A stretch of DNA of 57,617 bases, taken from IMG/VR virus record IMGVR_UViG_3300046011_006126, positions 1 through 57,617 of that record, one strand, 5' to 3'. The stretch is from a virus (taxonomy: Duplodnaviria > Caudoviricetes). Within the stretch, counting starts at the first letter, position 1; each line of letters opens with the position of its first letter. Positions 56,530 through 57,617 of the stretch are shown in pieces. Made by a program: the position numbers and the translations under genes. The notes beneath the pieces are model-generated. The model saw nothing but the letters and a program-made list of their open reading frames with translations, was not told the DNA's origin and did not search any database.

Positions 56530-57447
56530 ATGAAATTAATCAAAAACGCCATCATTTATAACGCTCAATTGCCAGTATCAGCGGCTCTTGAAGATCACTT
56601 AAAAGAGTTCGTCTTTAATGCGCCCATGTCGCAAGAGGCTTATTCGGCAGGATTTGAGCCTATGTTCACTGATCGTCTTGTCGAAACCTTTGCGGGTGGC
56701 TTTGCTTTCAAGCTGCGCTATGACGAAAAGATTATCCCAGCATCCGTGACCACTGAAATGGCCAATGCTCGCATTGCTGAAGTAGAAGAGCGTGAAGGGC
56801 GAAGATTGCCAGGAAAAGAACGCGCACGTATCCGTGATGAAGTGTTTTTTGAATTGCTGCCACGCGCCCTGGTGCAAACCAAGCGCATTACTTGCTTTTA
56901 CCGTCCAGAAAATAACCTGTTGATAGTGCCGACTACCAGCAAAAAGTTGGCCGACATTGTGACTTCACGACTGATTAAAGCAGTTGGATCGATCAAAGCA
57001 ACCACGATCTATATCAGCGACATTAAGTGCGGTCTGACAGCAAAGCTACGTGACTACATTGAGGATAACCAAGAGTCGTTTGCTGACTTCACTGTCGGCG
57101 GCAAGGTCAAGCTCAAGAACGAGGAAACCAAAAAGACAGCACAGTTTAAGCTGGATGAAATCACCGAAGCCAGGGACGGCATTATTGAATCAATCAAATC
57201 CGGCGCAAATGTTGTTGAGTTGGAACTATGCACCGATGATTCATGGTTCAGGATCGATGAAAAATTCACGCTAAAAGGCGTTGAGCTTATGTCCGACTCG
57301 GAAGAGGTCAATTTTGACAGTGAGCTAGATCACTTTCAGCATGAGGCATCCGTGCAAGTGCTGTTCGTTGCTGATGTGGTCAACAAGCTTTGCAAGCTGT
57401 TTGAATACAAAGAGCCAGCGCAAGACGATGCACAAGAAGCAGCATAG
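56530..57447 (+). CDS. rdgC: Recombination-associated protein RdgC
   Basis: IKNAIIY, GF, EKIIPASV, E..EGR.L..KE...I.DEV..ELLPRAL. Confidence 0.9.
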   Translation: MKLIKNAIIYNAQLPVSAALEDHLKEFVFNAPMSQEAYSAGFEPMFTDRLVETFAGGFAFKLRYDEKIIPASVTTEMANARIAEVEEREGRRLPGKERARIRDEVFFELLPRALVQTKRITCFYRPENNLLIVPTTSKKLADIVTSRLIKAVGSIKATTIYISDIKCGLTAKLRDYIEDNQESFADFTVGGKVKLKNEETKKTAQFKLDEITEARDGIIESIKSGANVVELELCTDDSWFRIDEKFTLKGVELMSDSEEVNFDSELDHFQHEASVQVLFVADVVNKLCKLFEYKEPAQDDAQEAA

Positions 57448-57617
57448 CCCAATACATGGCCTGCGTGATGTAGGCCAGTTCAAGCTGTACGAGAAACGCA
57501 CCAATGGCAAGGTTGAGATATTTGTCAGTAATCAAGTATCTCAATGCAAATTGATTAGGGTAAAGATAACTCGTGAATGTGCAAACAAGATTGCATCGTT
57601 ACCAAAGTCAAATTTTG
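57428..57617 (+). CDS. 5' part of a hypothetical 81 aa protein continuing at position 1
   Basis: ATG 57428 open to the window end (190 nt) and in frame with 1-56. Confidence 0.65.
   Translation, partial: MHKKQHSPIHGLRDVGQFKLYEKRTNGKVEIFVSNQVSQCKLIRVKITRECANKIASLPKSNF

Overview
The window looks like a complete, circularly permuted ~57.6 kb temperate podophage genome in its excised (attP) form, probably from a gammaproteobacterial host. An ORF reads in frame across the end/start junction. Modules in order: (i) a tyrosine integrase whose attP carries a replacement 5' end of the host dusA gene; (ii) a 16.5 kb gene for a ~5500 aa polyvalent (DarB-like) protein with methyltransferase, Strawberry-notch helicase, JAB, HExxH peptidase, GNAT-like, ADP-ribosyltransferase-like and LPD38-like regions; (iii) injection, tail, adaptor, N4-gp56-type capsid, scaffold, lysis, SGNH tailspike, portal and terminase genes; (iv) nucleotide-metabolism, nuclease, SSB, PAPS-reductase-like, antirepressor and O/P/DnaB replication genes; (v) a lambdoid cro/cI switch with four 15-bp operators; (vi) an early operon with a structured ncRNA, RecT, YqaJ exonuclease and RdgC. 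The most striking observation is a series of small genes overprinted inside the giant gene. All are on the same strand and in the same +1 frame, most have their own Shine-Dalgarno sequence, and they sit at linkers next to the enzymatic domains. Also notable: a pair of 11-8-11 palindromic sites 987 bp apart (in frame) inside the giant gene, a shared late-promoter motif, a hidden CsrA-fold gene and a tRNA-like kissing-loop RNA. Family names come from motif recognition by eye; no searches were run.
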